64,000 nt of DNA from an uncultured Chloroflexia bacterium (GCA_963720825.1 CAVRGY010000002.1:31672-95671); one strand, 5' to 3'. Positions 47,092 through 56,759 are shown, counted from the stretch's first letter. The notes: generated from the letters alone by a model not told the origin. A program made the numbers and translations.

Positions 47092-48552
47092 TCAGACGAT
47101 CCGGAGCGCGCCGACGACGGTGATCCGCCGCTCGCGCGAGAACGTGCGCGGCCGGGTCAGGCCATCGCCGGTGGGGGAGGCGATCGAGAACGACGAGAAC
47201 CCCTCGCCGCCCTCGCCCAGCCCCGCGAAGTTGGGTCCGTTGGCCACGAAGATGCTGCAGTTCATCGCCCGCGCCATGCGCGTGATCGTGTCCACGTTGG
47301 TCGAGTGGATCGAGGCGGTATGGCGGAACCCGTGCTCGGCGCGGACCGCGAGGTCGATCGCCTGGTCGACGGTCCCGACCCGAACCACGGGCAGCACCGG
47401 CATCATCTGCTCGGTCCACACCAGGCTGTGATCCCGCGGCACCTCCGCGATCAGCAGCCGCGGCTCCGGCTCCACGCTGACCCCGATCTCGGCCAGGATC
47501 TTCGCCGCGTCGCGGCCGATCCAGGCGGGGTTGATCACGCCGGGCTTGCCCGGCTCGCCGAGCTCCCGGAAGATCACCCGCTCCAGGCGCCGGAGCTCGT
47601 GCTCCTTGAGCAGGTAGGCGCCGTTCTGGGTCATCGACCGGATCAGCCGGTCCGCGACCGAATCGACGACCATCACCACCTTCTCGTCGGTGCAGATGAT
47701 GTTGTTGTCGAACGACGCGCCGCGCACGATGTCGCGGCCCGCCCGCTCGACGTCCGCGGTCTGGTCGACCACCGCGGGCGGATTGCCCGGCCCCGCCGTG
47801 ATCGCCCGCTTGTCGGTTCGGAGCGCCTCGCGGACGACGCCCGGGCCGCCGGTGACCAGCAGCACCCGGACGCCGGGGTGGCTCATCAGCGCCCGGGCGC
47901 TGTCGATCGTCGGCTCCACGATCGCGGTGACGAGGTCGGCCGGGCCACCGGCGCCGACAATCGCTCGGTTGATCAGGCGGATCGTCTCGGCCGAGCTGCG
48001 CTTGGCATTGGGGTGGGCGTTGAACACCACGGCGTTGCCGGCGGACACGATGCTGATCGTGTTGTTGATCACCGTCGAGGTCGGGTTCGTGACCGGCGTG
48101 ATCGCGGCCACGACGCCGAACGGAGCCCACTCGGTGACCATCATGCCCAGGCTGCCGGATACCGCCTCGACCTCGAGGTCCTCGGGGCCGGCCGCCTTCA
48201 TCGTCACCAGGCGGTTCTTGACGACCTTGTCCTCGTACCGCCCGAGGTGCGTCTCCTGGTGGGCCATCCGGGCCAGCTGCTCGGCGTGGTCGAGCATCGA
48301 CTGGCGGATGGCCTCGATGATCACGCGCCGCCCGTCGAGACCCATCGACTGGAATGCGCGGAACGCGCCGGTGGCCGCCGCGACGGCGTCGTCGATCGTG
48401 GCGTGGATGCCGTCGCCCAGCTCCGTGGGCGCGGCGGCCAGCTCGGCCTCGGCGCGCAGCGCCGTGCCCAACCGGCCATCGGAGGCGGCGTCGATCCGCC
48501 GCCTGACGCGCTCGATGATGTCCTGGATGTCGCGCTCGCTGAGATCGCTCAT
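47092..48552 (-). CDS. CoA-acylating aldehyde dehydrogenase (PduP/EutE-like) with an N-terminal amphipathic encapsulation-peptide-like helix.
   Basis: AldDH fold with …ITPVTNPTSTVINN…, catalytic region …NIICTDEKV… and the C-terminus GEGGEGFSSFSIASPTGDGLT typical of BMC acylating AldDHs. N-terminal DIQDIIERVRRRI helix. Confidence 0.85.
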   Translation of the reverse strand: MSDLSERDIQDIIERVRRRIDAASDGRLGTALRAEAELAAAPTELGDGIHATIDDAVAAATGAFRAFQSMGLDGRRVIIEAIRQSMLDHAEQLARMAHQETHLGRYEDKVVKNRLVTMKAAGPEDLEVEAVSGSLGMMVTEWAPFGVVAAITPVTNPTSTVINNTISIVSAGNAVVFNAHPNAKRSSAETIRLINRAIVGAGGPADLVTAIVEPTIDSARALMSHPGVRVLLVTGGPGVVREALRTDKRAITAGPGNPPAVVDQTADVERAGRDIVRGASFDNNIICTDEKVVMVVDSVADRLIRSMTQNGAYLLKEHELRRLERVIFRELGEPGKPGVINPAWIGRDAAKILAEIGVSVEPEPRLLIAEVPRDHSLVWTEQMMPVLPVVRVGTVDQAIDLAVRAEHGFRHTASIHSTNVDTITRMARAMNCSIFVANGPNFAGLGEGGEGFSSFSIASPTGDGLTRPRTFSRERRITVVGALRIV

Positions 48553-48555
48553 CGG

Positions 48556-48843
48556 CTACTTCCGGTAAACCTCACGACCGCCGACCTCCCAGGTGTCGAC
48601 GATCGCCATGATCACGGCGTCGCACGGACGATCCTTCGTCATCTCGGTCTGGCGAGCGGAGCTGCCCGTCGCGTACAGGACGACCTCGCCCACACCGGCG
48701 CCCACGGCGTCTGCAGCGACGACGTAGCCGCCGCCCTCGTGGTTGTCGGTATCGAGCTGGCGCACGAGGAGCAACGCCCAGCCCTCGATCAGCGGTTCCT
48801 TGCGGCTGGAGACGACCGTTCCGGCCACCCGTCCAAGGAGCAT
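48556..48843 (-). CDS. BMC vertex (pentamer) protein, EutN/PduN family.
   Basis: [31 protein letters not shown]…[25 protein letters not shown]…VIMAIVD. Confidence 0.8.
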   Translation of the reverse strand: MLLGRVAGTVVSSRKEPLIEGWALLLVRQLDTDNHEGGGYVVAADAVGAGVGEVVLYATGSSARQTEMTKDRPCDAVIMAIVDTWEVGGREVYRK

Positions 48844-48901
48844 GGCTTCCTCCCGGGTCCGGGCCGCGATCGCGCTGCGACCGCGGCCCCTGGTGCGAAC
48901 G

Positions 48902-49210
48902 TCAGTCGTCGCCCTTCTCGCCCTTGGCCTGCTCGGCACGACCGAGCGGGAGCACGAGGTCCACGTTGCTGTGCGGCCGCGCGATGACGTGGCTGGTGAC
49001 CACCTCGCCGACCTTGGCGGCCGCCCGGACGCCGGCCTCGACGGCGGCCTTGACCGCCGCGACGTCGCCGCGCACGACCGCGGTCACGTAGCCGCCGCCG
49101 GTCTTCTCGTAGCTGACGAGCTCGACCTTGGCCGCCTTGACCATCGCGTCGGCCGCCTCGACCATCGCGGCGAACCCGCGGGCCTCGATCATGCCCAGTG
49201 CTTCAGCCAT
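48902..49210 (-). CDS. BMC-H hexameric shell protein (PduA/EutM-like).
   Basis: [78 protein letters not shown]. Canonical BMC-H. Confidence 0.9.
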   Translation of the reverse strand: MAEALGMIEARGFAAMVEAADAMVKAAKVELVSYEKTGGGYVTAVVRGDVAAVKAAVEAGVRAAAKVGEVVTSHVIARPHSNVDLVLPLGRAEQAKGEKGDD

Positions 49211-49255
49211 CGATCCTCTCCTTCGTCGTTGTCATTGCCGTGTGGGTGGTGGGTG

Positions 49256-49885
49256 TCAGCTCTTGGCCTCGCGACCGTCGAGGCCCTCGATCGAGGCCAG
49301 CGCCGCGCGCCAGCCGACGTCGATGTCCCGCTCCTCGCCGCCGAGGTAGATCCGGCCCATCGAGCCGAACGTGCGGACCTCGAGGATGTTGATGTGGGCC
49401 GCCTTCTCCGCCTCGTTGGCCGCCAGGGCCGCGTAGGCCGCGGGCTCGAGCTCGAGCACGTACAGCGTCTCGCCCGGGATCAGCATCTGGCCGTGCCGGG
49501 TGCGGTTGATGAGCTGTGCCTGGTGGTCATCGATGCGGCGGATGATCTGGCTGGACAGGATCCGGGGCTTGATCCGGTCCTTCTCCTCGAGGCCGATCTC
49601 GCGCAGGATCGCCGCGCCGGCCGCCCGGACCTCCGCCTGCGAGGGCGAGTGGACCTCGAGCATGCCGTAGTAGCGCTCGATGATCTGCATCCCCGGCTTG
49701 ACCGAGGTGGACTTGAGGGCGATGTCCGTCAGGCGGTTGATCTCGATGCCGGGCGACACCTCGATCGACAGCGACGCGTCGCCGGCCAGCGGCAGGAACC
49801 CCTGCGCGACGGTCCCCAGGAACGCGGCGTACTGCGCCTGGAGGCTGTCGAGGAAGACATAGGCGCGAAGGTCAATATTGCTCAC
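49256..49885 (-). CDS. BMC-T shell protein of the permuted tandem type (EutL/PduB-like).
   Basis: 209 aa with two halves resembling permuted BMC domains (…[27 protein letters not shown]…GMLEVHS…; …[42 protein letters not shown]). Assignment is by pattern similarity to EutL. Confidence 0.5.
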   Translation of the reverse strand: MSNIDLRAYVFLDSLQAQYAAFLGTVAQGFLPLAGDASLSIEVSPGIEINRLTDIALKSTSVKPGMQIIERYYGMLEVHSPSQAEVRAAGAAILREIGLEEKDRIKPRILSSQIIRRIDDHQAQLINRTRHGQMLIPGETLYVLELEPAAYAALAANEAEKAAHINILEVRTFGSMGRIYLGGEERDIDVGWRAALASIEGLDGREAKS

Positions 49886-50738
49886 GCGCTCCCCTCTCTC
49901 CTGTGACGATCTTGACGCCGGCGGAAGCCCCGATCCGGGTGGCGCCGGCGGCGATCATGTCCTGGACATCCTCGGCGGTGCGGATCCCGCCCGAGGCCTT
50001 GACGCCCATCCGCGAGCCCACGGCCTCGCGCATGAGAGCGACGTCGAACACGGTCGCGCCACCCGATGCGTAGCCCGTCGAGGTCTTGACGAAGTCGGCC
50101 TTGGCCTCCTTCGCGAGGTGGCACGCGACGACCTTCTCCTCGTCGGTGAGGAGCGCGGTCTCGATGATCACCTTGTTCAGGGCGCCCGACTCGTGGCACG
50201 CGTCCGAGACGCGATCGATGTCCTCGCGGACGGTGTCCAGCATGCCGCTCTTGAGCGCCCCGATGTTGATCACCATGTCGATCTCGCGCGCGCCGTCGCG
50301 GATGGCCCGGCGCGCCTCCATGGCCTTGACCTCGGTCGTCGCGGCGCCGAACGGGAAGCCGATCACCGAGGCGACCGCGACATCGGTCCCGCGCACGTTG
50401 TCCGCGGCGCGTCGGATCCAGGTGGGGTTGATGCACACCGCCGCGAAGTGGTGCTCGACCGCCTCGGCGCACAGCCGGTCGATGTCGGCGGCGGTGGCGT
50501 CGGGGCGGAGCAGGGTGTGGTCGATGTACCCGGCGAGGTCCAGCGGCACGTCGCTGCCCCGCCCGTGGTACGCGATCCGGGTGGCGCCGTTGGTCACGAC
50601 GTCGCGGACCTTGTCCGCGCAATGCGCGGCGCACGACCCGCCGCAGTTGATGCACGTCTCGCCGCCCAGCGAGAACGTCGCCAGCACCTCCCGGGTGATC
50701 GTCTCGATCAGCAGGTCCCGGTCATCGATCGTCGTCAT
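49872..50738 (-). CDS. deoC: Deoxyribose-phosphate aldolase (DERA/DeoC) with a ~60-aa N-terminal extension containing an amphipathic helix and a C-x2-C-x3-C-x3-C motif.
   Basis: Core …[11 protein letters not shown]…AAVCINP…, Schiff-base lysine context FVKTSTGY, …KASGGIRT… Extension [43 protein letters not shown] overlaps the rpiB stop. Confidence 0.85.
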   Translation of the reverse strand: MTTIDDRDLLIETITREVLATFSLGGETCINCGGSCAAHCADKVRDVVTNGATRIAYHGRGSDVPLDLAGYIDHTLLRPDATAADIDRLCAEAVEHHFAAVCINPTWIRRAADNVRGTDVAVASVIGFPFGAATTEVKAMEARRAIRDGAREIDMVINIGALKSGMLDTVREDIDRVSDACHESGALNKVIIETALLTDEEKVVACHLAKEAKADFVKTSTGYASGGATVFDVALMREAVGSRMGVKASGGIRTAEDVQDMIAAGATRIGASAGVKIVTGERGAREQY

Positions 50739-51358
50739 CGCGTCCCAACCCCGGTGCCGTCCTTCAGGTAGTGCCGCTCGATGGCGGTGATCTTGTCCAC
50801 GCGCGCCGCGTGGCGACCCGGTCCCCAGGGCGTGGCCAGCCACTCGGTCACGATGTCCAGCGCAAGCCCGGCGCCGGTGAGCCGCGCCCCCAGCGTGAGC
50901 ACGTTGGCGTGATTGTGCTCGCGGCTGTTGCGTGCCGTTGACAGGTCGTGGCACATCGCGGCGCGGACGCCGGGCACCTTGTTGGCGGCCATGCACGAGC
51001 CGATGCCGGCGCCGTCGACCACGATCCCGACGGCGCAGGTGCCGTCGGCGACCAGCTTCGCCACGGCCAGCGCGAGATCCGGGTAGTCGACGGCATCCTC
51101 GCTGCCCGTGCCGCAGTCGTGGACCACGTGGCCGCGCTCGGCGAGCGCCTGCCGGAGCTGCTCCTTGAGCCGGTACCCGCCGTGGTCCGCGCCGATGGCG
51201 ATGGAGGGGGGACCCTGCCCGTCGGGGGCACCGGCATCGATGTGCGCGGCAGCCGTCGTCACGGTCGCCGTGGCAGCGGGCACGTACACGGCGTCGACGA
51301 TGCGGCGGACTACGTCCCGGACGTCCTGCTCGGTGGGGCGGACCCGCAGCTCAGCCAT
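50735..51358 (-). CDS. rpiB: Ribose-5-phosphate isomerase B (RpiB/LacAB family) with a ~50-aa N-terminal extension carrying an amphipathic helix.
   Basis: Core [16 protein letters not shown]…[12 protein letters not shown]…[24 protein letters not shown]…HNHANVL. Extension [31 protein letters not shown]. Confidence 0.8.
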   Translation of the reverse strand: MAELRVRPTEQDVRDVVRRIVDAVYVPAATATVTTAAAHIDAGAPDGQGPPSIAIGADHGGYRLKEQLRQALAERGHVVHDCGTGSEDAVDYPDLALAVAKLVADGTCAVGIVVDGAGIGSCMAANKVPGVRAAMCHDLSTARNSREHNHANVLTLGARLTGAGLALDIVTEWLATPWGPGRHAARVDKITAIERHYLKDGTGVGTR

Positions 51359-52377
51359 GCGCAGCCAGCCAGTCCGCGGTGCCTTCGTCGGTGATCAGCG
51401 TGTTCACGCAGCCGGCCCGGATGGCGGCGAGCGCGATGGGCCCGCGCCCGGGTCCGGCGGCGAGCCCGATGGTATGGTCCTTGGTCGCGAGCTCCGCGAG
51501 CGGCAGGCCGACCGTGCGCTGGTCGAGGTCCGGCAGTGCGATGCGGCCTTCGGGGGTGACGAACCGGCCCAGGATGTCGCCCACGGCTCCGGCCTCGCGC
51601 AGGAGCTTCCGGTCCGCGGGCGCCACGAACCCGGACTCGACGAGGACGCTGCCGGGCTCCGGGATGCCGAGGCTGAACACGGCGAACGGGGCGCGCCGGG
51701 CGGCTTCCAGCGTGTCGCCCACGGACGGGTCCGCCTCGAGCGCGACCCGCAGCGCGGCGGACCCCACGATCGCCGGCGCGGGCATCAGCCGGATCGATCC
51801 GCCGCTGGTGACCCCGAACCGGTCCACGATCTCGCCGGCACGGGTCGGGGTCGCCGAGCGGGACGTCGCCCCGTTGAGCTGGACGATCTCGGTGGCGGTC
51901 GTCCAGCCCGGCTCGAGGGCACGGGACAGCTCGAGCATCGTCCGGCCCCACGACACGCCGATCGCGCCCGTCGGCCGGATCTCGGCGAGATAGCGCGGCG
52001 GCAGCCCTCGCGACCGCCTCTCGCGCGACGGCGGTCGCGGCGTCGGCCGAACCCTCCGCGGTGCCCGGACCGGCGCCTGCGTCGGCGACGATCGCCGCAC
52101 GCAGCCCGAAGCGGGCGACCAGCTGTTCCTCGACCTCGACCAGCCGGGCGGCGGGGTGGACGATCTCGATCCGTACGATCGATTCGCGGACGGCCCGGTC
52201 GAGCAGCCGGCCGACCTTGAACCGGCTGAGGCCGAGGCGAGCCCCGATCTCCTCCTGGGTCAGCGCCATGCCGTAGTACATCCGCGCGACGCGGACGAGG
52301 AGCCGCGGATCCGAGGTGCCACGAACCGGGGCAGCGGCGGTCGTCACACGCGCTCCGGATTGCTCATGTGCGTACAT
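51310..52377 (-). CDS. SorC/DeoR-family sugar-binding transcriptional regulator. Apparent frame break near 51960-51995 between the HTH part and the sugar-binding part.
   Basis: N-terminal HTH (…[37 protein letters not shown]…). The SorC-type sugar-binding domain ([26 protein letters not shown]…IVQLNGA…) continues in the adjacent frame (ORF 51351..52100). Confidence 0.7.
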   Translation of the reverse strand: MYAHEQSGARVTTAAAPVRGTSDPRLLVRVARMYYGMALTQEEIGARLGLSRFKVGRLLDRAVRESIVRIEIVHPAARLVEVEEQLVARFGLRAAIVADAGAGPGTAEGSADAATAVAREAVARAAAALSRRDPADGRDRRVVGPDDARAVPCPRAGLDDRHRDRPAQRGDVPLGDPDPCRRDRGPVRGHQRRIDPADARAGDRGVRRAAGRARGGPVRGRHAGSRPARPVRRVQPRHPGARQRPRRVRVRGARGPEAPARGRSRGRHPGPVRHPRRPHRTAGPRPAHGRPAARGARDQGPYHRARRRTRARAHRARRHPGRLREHADHRRRHRGLAGCAWLSCGSAPPSRTSGT

Positions 52378-52420
52378 TCATGCTCATATGTGCAGATCGC
52401 ATGCTAGGCGTGGCCGGGAC
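52361..52420. promoter_or_regulatory. Divergent promoter region between the SorC regulator and the PfkB kinase, with direct repeats TGCTCATgTGC…TGCTCATaTGTGC and CATGC half-sites. Candidate operator.
   Basis: Read directly. The local GC dip and the repeats sit inside a 145-bp intergenic gap. Confidence 0.35.
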
Positions 52421-52522
52421 CGGTGTCAACCCGGGATTGCGATGGCGCAGCGGGAATCGCGGCAGCAACGGGCTGCGCCTCGCGGGTTGGCGAGGCCCGC
52501 TGCGAGGCAGTAGCCTCCCGAC

Positions 52523-53488
52523 ATGACCAGCCAGGGAACGTCCGGCGAACCCGCGGTGATCGTGGTCGCGGGCGAGGCGCTGATCGACCTCATCGTGCTC
52601 CCGGACGGGCGGCTGGTCCCGGCACCCGGTGGCGGGCCGTACAACACCGCCAGGGCCATCGCCCGCCTGGAGGTCCCGGTGGCCTGGATCGGCGGGCTGT
52701 CGTCGGATCGCTTCGGGCGGATGCTCGAGGCCGGGCTCGTCCGCGACGGCGTGTCGCTCGACCTCGTGCAGCGAACCGACCTGCCGACGACGCTCGCCCT
52801 GGCCGAGCTCGACGAGGACGGCGTCGCCGCGTACCGGTTCTACGTCGATGGGACGTCCGCGCCGGCCGTGGTGACCGGGCCCTTCGAAGGCGGGCTGCCG
52901 GCGGGGACGCGGGCCGTTCACGTGGGCACGCTCGGGCTCGTGCTCGAGCCGATGGCCGCAACGCTGGAATCGCTGGTCGCGATGCTTCCCGATGACGTGA
53001 CCCTCATGGTCGACCCCAACTGCCGGCCGTCGATCACCACCGATCCGGACGCCTACCGGGCGCGGGTGGCGCGCGTGCTGGAGCGGACCGACGTGGTCAA
53101 GGTCAGCGCCGACGACCTCGCCTGGCTGTACCCGGGCGTCCCGCTGTCCGAGGCCGTCGCGCGGCTGGCCGGCGACCGCGACCGCGTCGTCCTGCTCACC
53201 GACGGCGGCCGCTCGGTCACGGTGCACGCCGGGGGCGCGAACCACACGATGCCGGTCCCGTCGGTGCGGGTCGTCGACACGGTGGGTGCGGGCGATACCT
53301 TCGGCGGCGCGTTCCTCGCAGCAATCGTCCGCGCCGGGCTGGGGCGGGCTGACCTGCATGTTGCCGGGGCGGTGCTCGACGCGGTGCGGTTCGCGATCCG
53401 CGCCTCAGCGATGGCCTGCGAGCGCGCCGGCGCCGACCCGCCGACGCTGGCCGAGCTCGGCGGATGGCCGGTGGGCGGCTCCGGGTAG
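52523..53488 (+). CDS. PfkB-family carbohydrate kinase (ribokinase / fructokinase / deoxyribokinase-like).
   Basis: N-terminal GG motif (…VAGEALIDLI…GGGPYNTA), C-terminal anion hole VVDTVGAGDTFGGAFLAA. Confidence 0.8.
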   Translation: MTSQGTSGEPAVIVVAGEALIDLIVLPDGRLVPAPGGGPYNTARAIARLEVPVAWIGGLSSDRFGRMLEAGLVRDGVSLDLVQRTDLPTTLALAELDEDGVAAYRFYVDGTSAPAVVTGPFEGGLPAGTRAVHVGTLGLVLEPMAATLESLVAMLPDDVTLMVDPNCRPSITTDPDAYRARVARVLERTDVVKVSADDLAWLYPGVPLSEAVARLAGDRDRVVLLTDGGRSVTVHAGGANHTMPVPSVRVVDTVGAGDTFGGAFLAAIVRAGLGRADLHVAGAVLDAVRFAIRASAMACERAGADPPTLAELGGWPVGGSG

Positions 53489-53588
53489 CCGGTCCAACAG
53501 CGGGCGCAGACGCGGGCCGGCGCTACCGGTCCGTCGGCCCGGCGGCGAGCGGCCGGTCCGGCGCTTGCGCGGCGCCTAGACTTCGCGC

Positions 53589-54485
53589 GTGGACCCGCTC
53601 GCCCTCGCCTTCATCGCGCTGGCGGCGGTGCTCCACGCCGCGTGGAACGTGCTGCTCAAGACCGCCGACGACCCGCTGTGGACCGCGACGGTCGGGCTCG
53701 TCGCGGTCTCCGTGGTGCTCGTGCCCGCGGTCGCGATCGGGTGGCTGGTCCTGGGGCGGCCCGCGATCCCGACCGACGCGTGGCTGCTCGGCGTGGCCTC
53801 GGGCGGGGTCGAGGTGGTGTACTTCCTGTTCCTCGCGGCGGCCTACCGTCGCGGCGACCTGTCGCTCGTGTACCCGCTCGCGCGCGGCAGCGCGCCGCTG
53901 CTCGCGATCGTGCTGGGTCTCGGGGTCCTGGGCGAGCGACTGGCGCCCGGGGCAATCCTCGGCGTCGCGCTCCTGGTCGCGAGCCTGCTCATCGTCCAGC
54001 GGCCGTGGCGCCTGCTGCGCGCGGCAGAGGCGCGCGACGATCGATCCGCGGCCGGGTTCGCGCTGCTCACGGGCGCGATGATCGCCTCGTACTCGGCCAT
54101 CGATCGCGTCGGCGTCCAGCTCGTGCCACCGTGGCTGTATGCGGGGATCCTGTGGCCGACATGCGCGATCGGCCTTGGCCTGATCGCCGTCGTCCGGGCC
54201 CGGCGCGGCGATGTCCCCATCGCGACGATGGGGGTCATGGCAGCCCGCCGGCGCGCGGTGTCGGCGGGCGTGCTCACGGTCGCCGCGTACGGGCTGGTCC
54301 TGGCGGCGCTGCGGCGCGCGCCGCTGGCGGTGGTTGCCCCGCTCCGCGAGTCGGCCGTGCTGCTCGCCACCACCTGGGGGGTGGTCCGGCTGCGAGAGGC
54401 CCGGGACCCCGGCGAGGTGTCCCGCCGGATCGTCGGGGCTATGCTGGTCCTCGCGGGAGCCGGCGTGCTCGCCATCGCCCGCTGA
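53589..54485 (+). CDS. EamA/DMT-family transporter.
   Basis: Ten predicted TM helices in two EamA halves. Hydrophobic throughout. Confidence 0.65.
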   Translation: MDPLALAFIALAAVLHAAWNVLLKTADDPLWTATVGLVAVSVVLVPAVAIGWLVLGRPAIPTDAWLLGVASGGVEVVYFLFLAAAYRRGDLSLVYPLARGSAPLLAIVLGLGVLGERLAPGAILGVALLVASLLIVQRPWRLLRAAEARDDRSAAGFALLTGAMIASYSAIDRVGVQLVPPWLYAGILWPTCAIGLGLIAVVRARRGDVPIATMGVMAARRRAVSAGVLTVAAYGLVLAALRRAPLAVVAPLRESAVLLATTWGVVRLREARDPGEVSRRIVGAMLVLAGAGVLAIAR

Positions 54486-54512
54486 GCACGCCCAAACGCA
54501 CAGAGGTCCCGA

Positions 54513-55517
54513 ATGCCCCGACTGACCCTCGGCTACAAGGCGTCCGCAGAGCAGTTCCCGCCCCGCCGCCTGCTCGACCTCGCGGTGGCGGCCGAGGCCG
54601 CAGGGTTCGACTCCGTCTGGACCAGCGACCACTTCCAGCCCTGGCGCCACACCGACGGTCATGCCCCCAACGCCCTGGTCTGGCTGGGCGCCGCGACCCA
54701 GGTGACGCAGCGGGTGACGCTGGGCACGAGCGTGCTCACCCCGTCCTTCCGGTACAACCCGGCCATCGTGGCCCAGGCGTTCGCCACCCTGGCCTGCCTC
54801 GCCCCCGGCCGGGTGATCCTGGGCGTGGGCACGGGCGAGTCGATGAACGAGGTCCCGGTGGGCGTGGACTGGCCCGAGCAGAAGGAGCGGTTCGCGCGTC
54901 TCAAGGAGGCGGTGACCCTCATCGGCCGGCTGTGGCGCGAGGAGTTCGTCGACTTCAGCGGTGAGTTCTTCCGCACCCACGAGGCGACCGTCTACGACCG
55001 CCCGGACACCCCCGTGCCGATCTACATCGCGGCCTCGGGTCCGGCCGCGGCGAGGCTGGCCGGGCGGATCGCGGACGGGTTCATCTGCACCAGCGGCAAG
55101 GGTGCCGAGCTGTACACCGACACCCTGCTGCCGGCGCTCGCCGAGGGGGCCGCGAAGGTGGGCCGGGACGCCGCGGCGATGGACCGGATGATCGAGATGA
55201 AGGTCAGCTTCGACCCCGATCGTTCGCGGGCGATGGAGGACACCAAGGAGTGGTCGGCGCTGGCGCTGCCGGGCGAGATGAAGGTCGGCGTCCACGACCC
55301 GCGCCAGATGGAGATCCTCGCCAAGCACGCCGAGCCCTACGCGCACACCCGCTGGCTCGTGTCCGACGATCCCGACGAGCACGTCGATCAGATCGCCCCG
55401 TACCTCTCCTACGGGCTCAACCACCTCGTGTTCCACTTCCCGGGCAACGACCAGGAGACGGCCATCGCGCGCTACGGGAAGGTCATCCTGCCGAGGCTTC
55501 GCGAGCGCTTCGGCTGA
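54513..55517 (+). CDS. fgd: F420-dependent glucose-6-phosphate dehydrogenase-like (luciferase-like monooxygenase family) oxidoreductase.
   Basis: LGYKASAEQFPPRRLLDLAVAAEAAGFDSVWTSDHFQPWRH…LGTSVLTPSFRYNPAIVAQAFATLACLAPGRVILGVGTGE…GFICTSGKG…GLNHLVFH. Close to mycobacterial Fgd1 throughout. Confidence 0.8.
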   Translation: MPRLTLGYKASAEQFPPRRLLDLAVAAEAAGFDSVWTSDHFQPWRHTDGHAPNALVWLGAATQVTQRVTLGTSVLTPSFRYNPAIVAQAFATLACLAPGRVILGVGTGESMNEVPVGVDWPEQKERFARLKEAVTLIGRLWREEFVDFSGEFFRTHEATVYDRPDTPVPIYIAASGPAAARLAGRIADGFICTSGKGAELYTDTLLPALAEGAAKVGRDAAAMDRMIEMKVSFDPDRSRAMEDTKEWSALALPGEMKVGVHDPRQMEILAKHAEPYAHTRWLVSDDPDEHVDQIAPYLSYGLNHLVFHFPGNDQETAIARYGKVILPRLRERFG

Positions 55518-55568
55518 CGCCGCCGCGCCGGCGGCATCCCGCTTCGGCGCCCTCTGGACTGGTCCACG

Positions 55569-56759
55569 ATGGTCCGCATTCGCCTGCTGTTCGTGCTCAA
55601 CGGCGCGGAGATCGCCGTGCTGGGTCCGTTCGCCTCGGTGATCCTCGCGGGCCGCGGGTTCAGCCCGGCCGTGATCGGCCTGGTGACGGCGCTCACCTCG
55701 GTCGCGTTCATCGTGTCGGTGTCCGTGTGGGGCCACCTGGGCGATGTCGTGCTCGGGCGTGCCCGGGCGCTCAGCGTGTCGATCCTGCTGGCGGCGGGAT
55801 TGCTGGTGCTGTTCCTGCTGCCGTTGCCGCCGCTCGCGGTGGGGGCCGCCTATGTCGCATATGCCGCGTGCTACGGTGCCGCGGGGCCGCTGTCCGATGC
55901 GCTGGCGGTCAACGCGATGCGTGACCCCGCGCGCGAGTACGGGCGGGTTCGCAGCGGGTCGAGCGCGGCGTTCGCGGTCGCCGCGGTCGCATTCGGGGTG
56001 CTCTACGGCTCGCTCGGGTACTGGCCGGCCGGGGTCATGTTCCTCGTGCTGGGCATCGCGATCGCGCTGGTCGCGCGTGGGGTCCCGGACCTGGGACGGG
56101 CGCAGCTCACGGCGCACCGTCGCGGGGGCGCGATCCGCGAGGCATTCGCGGTCGACCCTGCCATGCCCCGGGTCCTGGTCGCCGTCGGCCTGGCGTACGT
56201 GGGCGTGTTCGCCGGTTTCACGTTCCTGTCGCTGCGGATCGTCGAGCTCGGCGGTGGGGCGCCCGAGGTGGCGCTGTCATCCGCGGTTGCGGCCGCCGCC
56301 GAGGTCGGCGCCATGGTCGCCGCCGGCCGTGCGGTGCCGCGGATCGGGATCCGGGGACTGTTCGTGGTGTCCGTGGCCCTGTACGTGGTGGCGTTCCTGC
56401 TGTGGGCCGTGCTCGGGTCAGCGCTTGCGATCGTCGCCTCCCGGCTGATCTCGGGCACCGGGTTCGCGGGGCTCTGGATCGCGAGCGTGATGACCATCCA
56501 GCAGGTGATGCCGCCCCGCCTCCAGGGATCGGGGCAGGCGTTGATCTCGATCACCACGGCGGGTGTGGCGGCGTTCCTGGCCAACGTCGTCGGCGGGCTC
56601 CTGTACGCGGAGGGCGGGCCCGAGGTCCTGTTCGGGATCTCCGCGCTGCTCGCCGTGGCCGGCGCCGTGGTGGGCTGGCGCTATCTCCCGGCCAGGGGCG
56701 CCCGTCGATGGCGTCGAGCCGATCTGCCGCTCGGAGACGGCGATGCCCTCCGGGACTGA
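55569..56759 (+). CDS. MFS transporter.
   Basis: Twelve TM segments in a 6+6 arrangement with MFS-like loop motifs. Confidence 0.7.
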   Translation: MVRIRLLFVLNGAEIAVLGPFASVILAGRGFSPAVIGLVTALTSVAFIVSVSVWGHLGDVVLGRARALSVSILLAAGLLVLFLLPLPPLAVGAAYVAYAACYGAAGPLSDALAVNAMRDPAREYGRVRSGSSAAFAVAAVAFGVLYGSLGYWPAGVMFLVLGIAIALVARGVPDLGRAQLTAHRRGGAIREAFAVDPAMPRVLVAVGLAYVGVFAGFTFLSLRIVELGGGAPEVALSSAVAAAAEVGAMVAAGRAVPRIGIRGLFVVSVALYVVAFLLWAVLGSALAIVASRLISGTGFAGLWIASVMTIQQVMPPRLQGSGQALISITTAGVAAFLANVVGGLLYAEGGPEVLFGISALLAVAGAVVGWRYLPARGARRWRRADLPLGDGDALRD

